Positions 61,205 to 64,000 of a stretch of DNA of 64,000 nucleotides are shown in pieces; position 1 is the stretch's first letter; each line of letters starts with the position of its first letter. The notes under the pieces are model-generated. The model was given only the letters and a program-made list of their open reading frames with translations. It was not told where the DNA came from and ran no database searches. Origin of the DNA: Octopus sinensis (Eukaryota); assembly GCF_006345805.1 (NCBI RefSeq), contig NC_042997.1:59396001-59460000 (forward strand). The letters are read 5' to 3'. A program made the translations under genes and the position numbers.

Positions 61205-61440
61205 TAAAGAAATTAGTCAGACAAATCAATCCCAATACTTATTTTTCAGTCTAGTACTTATTTTATCAGACTGCCAAACAGCTAATTTATAAGCCAACAC
61301 CAGCTATCAAGTGGTGGTGGGAGACAGACACATAACAAAGACATTTACTAAATCTACTCACAAGGCTTTGCTTGGCCAGGGGCTATAATAGAAGACACTT
61401 GCCCAAGGTGCTGCATAGTGAAACTGAACCCAAGACCAAT
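61205..61440 (-). mobile_element. SINE family A, decayed
   Basis: CTACTCACAAGGCTTTG...GAAGACACTTGCCCAAGGTG. Confidence 0.75.
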
Positions 61441-61571
61441 GCCTGAGCCTGTGAAATCATTCTACAATTGCTCTTCATTTTAAAAATTTAACCCTTCCTC
61501 TAGCTTTCTTTATTTTGTTTTTGTTTACATTCCCTTATTTCCAACTCTCATTGCAGTGGCTTTCTAAATCA

Positions 61572-61611
<40 letters not shown>

Positions 61612-62247
61612 TCCCGATATTTCACACCTAATATAGCATTCACTGGCTATATTTTTATTGCTCCCATCCACGTCATACATCTAGTTTTTCATACTCGAAT
61701 TTATACCACTCTATTCTTTCTGATCATTAAACACCTTCTTTCATCACATCCTGTTAAAATCTGTCTCTCATACATCACTCTCAACACAAAATCAACTTAC
61801 TTCCTGGGTTTGTCGTCATTTCTGTGTCATTTCCAGATCAGCACTGACCAAGTATTACTATGAGCATGCAAGCAGCTGCCAAGTGCATGACCAGGTATGT
61901 TTACCCCAATTACACCACACCTCAACCTAGTTGGGAAACAGAGTACATATTCTGACATGCAGTGATAGACAGTAGGAAGAGTGATGTGATAATCTGAACA
62001 TTTCTATTTTAGAGTGTATTCTATTTAATTTATTCATCTATATTTAATGTAGAGTACTTTCATAAATTTCTACCCCAGACAGAACTCTATCTATAAAAAA
62101 TGGCTTTGCAACCAAATAGTTTTGAGTTCAGTCTCAGTGTGCAGCACCTTGGACAAGTGTCTTCTGTTAGAGCCTTGGGCTAACCAATGTCTTGTGAGTG
62201 AATTTGGTATACAGAAATTGTGTGGAAGTCCATTGTATACATATATA

Positions 62248-62457
62248 TATGAGGGGAAGCTGAAAAGTTTCTGGTTTTAGGTAAAAGAAAAAAAGGGTGG
62301 GGGTCAGTTAATTATGATTTTATTCAGCATATTCTCCTCTCAGACTCACACACTTATTGCAGCAGTCCTTCAGTTTTTCTAAGCCCTGTAAATGAACTCA
62401 GAAAATTGGGTCTTTCACGATATCCTTAAAGCCAGGAACTTTTCAGCACCCCTACGA

Positions 62458-62460
<3 letters not shown>
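62248..62460. mobile_element. Mariner-derived MITE
   Basis: TIRs GAGGGGAAGCTGAAAAGTTTCTGGTTTTA / TAAAGCCAGGAACTTTTCAGCACCCCT, in TA context. Confidence 0.8.
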
Positions 62461-62534
<74 letters not shown>

Positions 62535-62735
62535 CCTTTAACCACACATACTTTTCTCAGACTTTTTTTCCTTCTCTCTGCACCTTTCCTCTCTCCTTTT
62601 TGTAATGAAGAACCATGCTTGAAACATTATACATTCACTCTTTTTTCCATCTTACACTGAGTGTCAAGCTAATACTTTCCATGTACACATCCTTTTGAGT
62701 TTTGTTGTTTTGCTAATTTTAATTAACGATTTGCT
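62535..62735 (+). mobile_element. Decayed solo pseudo-LTR-like unit related to 47050-47231
   Basis: TGAAGAACCATGCTTGAAACATTA hammerhead relic and CTGAG...CTAATAC similarity. Flanked by (TA)n. Confidence 0.45.
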
Positions 62736-63359
62736 TATATATATATATGTATGTATATATGTATGTGTTAATGTATGAATGTGTGTGTGTGTATATGTGT
62801 TTCTATTTTGTTTGTCCCCCACACCCACAACTGTTTGACAATTGAATTTGCCTTATTTTCATCTCCATGACTTAGCAGTTTGGTAAAAGAGACCAACAGA
62901 ACAAGAACCAGACTTAAGAAATATATACTGTGGTTGATTTGTTTGACTAAACCTTTAAGGTATTGCCCCAGCATGGCCACAGTCCAATGACCAAATCAAG
63001 TAAAAGAAGAAAGATACTGGATAGAGTACCTTCTGGGTCAAAGGTCAGCAGGTCTAGGTCAAATAGGCCACTAAAGTGTTTTCTTTGAGCCTTAGATGTT
63101 TTCTAAGAATTTAAAAAATTTGATGTATTTGTGGGCCATTCAACAGCTGATGGTTTTAAATAGTCTTTTATGTCATGGTTTGTTTAATTTTTGCTTAAAT
63201 AAGCATTGCCAGTGACATGAAAGGAGACAGAATATGTGAGGGTATTTTTATATGTAAGATATGATAAAACATATATGTGAGCCATTGGTAAATCTAAAAC
63301 AAAATATCAAAAATGGGTTGTTACAAAAAGAAATTGTTGATCCCTGCTGTCTCTCTTGT

Positions 63360-63772
63360 ACTCTTTTACTTGTTTCAGTCATTTGACTGCGGCCATGCTG
63401 GAGCCCCGCCTTTTTAGTTGAGCAAATTGACCCCAGGACTTATTTTTTGTAAGCCTAGTACTTATTCTATCAGTCTCTTTTGCTGAACCGCTAAGTTATG
63501 GGGACGTAAACACACCAGCATCAGTTGTCAAGCGATGTTGGGGGGACAAACACAGACACACAAACATATATACACACACATACACATATATATATATATA
63601 TACATATATACAACGACTTCTTTCAGTTTCCATCTACCAAATCCACTCACAAGGCTTTGGTTGGCCCGATGCTATAGTAGAAGACACTTGCCCAAGGTGC
63701 CACGCAGTGGGACTGAACCCGGAACCATGTGGTTGGTAAGCAAGCTACTTACCACACAGCTACTCCTGCGCC
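63360..63772 (-). mobile_element. Full-length SINE family A
   Basis: Highly similar to 5941-6352. Confidence 0.9.
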
Positions 63773-63907
63773 TATAGAGTATAAAGTTATGCTTTAGTTG
63801 CTAATTAATTTTAAAGCTGTCACCATCCTTTCAATTCTGTAACAGATTTTTTTCCAGAATATTACTTCTACATTTGTATCAGATTCCTCTTTCATATTTT
63901 AGCACTC

Positions 63908-64000
63908 AGGCCAAAAAGCACCCAATATACTCTGTAAAGTGGTTGGTGCTAGGAAGAGCATTCAGCCATAGAAACCATTCCAAAATAGACAATGGATCCT
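63908..64000 (+). mobile_element. RTE 3' UTR fragment, runs off window
   Basis: AAAAGCACCCAATATACTC...GTGGTTGGTGCTAGGAAGAGCATTCAGCC. Confidence 0.65.

Larger units (their letters stand above)
62100..63005 (+). mobile_element. SINE family A split by nested insertions
   Basis: 5' half at ~62100-62240 and 3' half at ~62780-63005. Confidence 0.7.

Overview
AT-rich, microsatellite-dense eukaryotic DNA. The repeat content (tRNA-derived SINE families, RTE LINEs with (GAT)n tails, Penelope-like elements, non-autonomous Helitrons) resembles an octopus or other cephalopod genome; this is an inference, not a database match. No intact host gene can be supported. Nearly every listed ORF is either a microsatellite read-through or a decayed transposon fragment (RTE and BovB-like RT, Penelope RT/GIY-YIG, Tc1/mariner, CR1). 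The strongest hidden signal is about ten type I hammerhead ribozyme motifs in at least five unrelated Penelope pseudo-LTR-like contexts. These include a near-perfect GUC hammerhead with a long stem II (21715-21800), families with apparent catalytic-core variants (CCGACGA, CUGUAGA), a ~300-bp tandem retrozyme-like pair, and a Penelope family whose pseudo-LTR carries a tRNA-like Pol III module (ACT anticodon) just upstream of the hammerhead in two independent insertions. The window also contains Helitrons (including a head-to-tail pair), hAT, Merlin-like and mariner MITEs, two solo LTR-like units sharing NRF1/ETS/YY1-like motifs, a ~400-bp inverted duplication, several tandem duplications and three weak host exon candidates. 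All coordinates were read by eye, and repeat boundaries are approximate unless a TSD or terminal motif is quoted.
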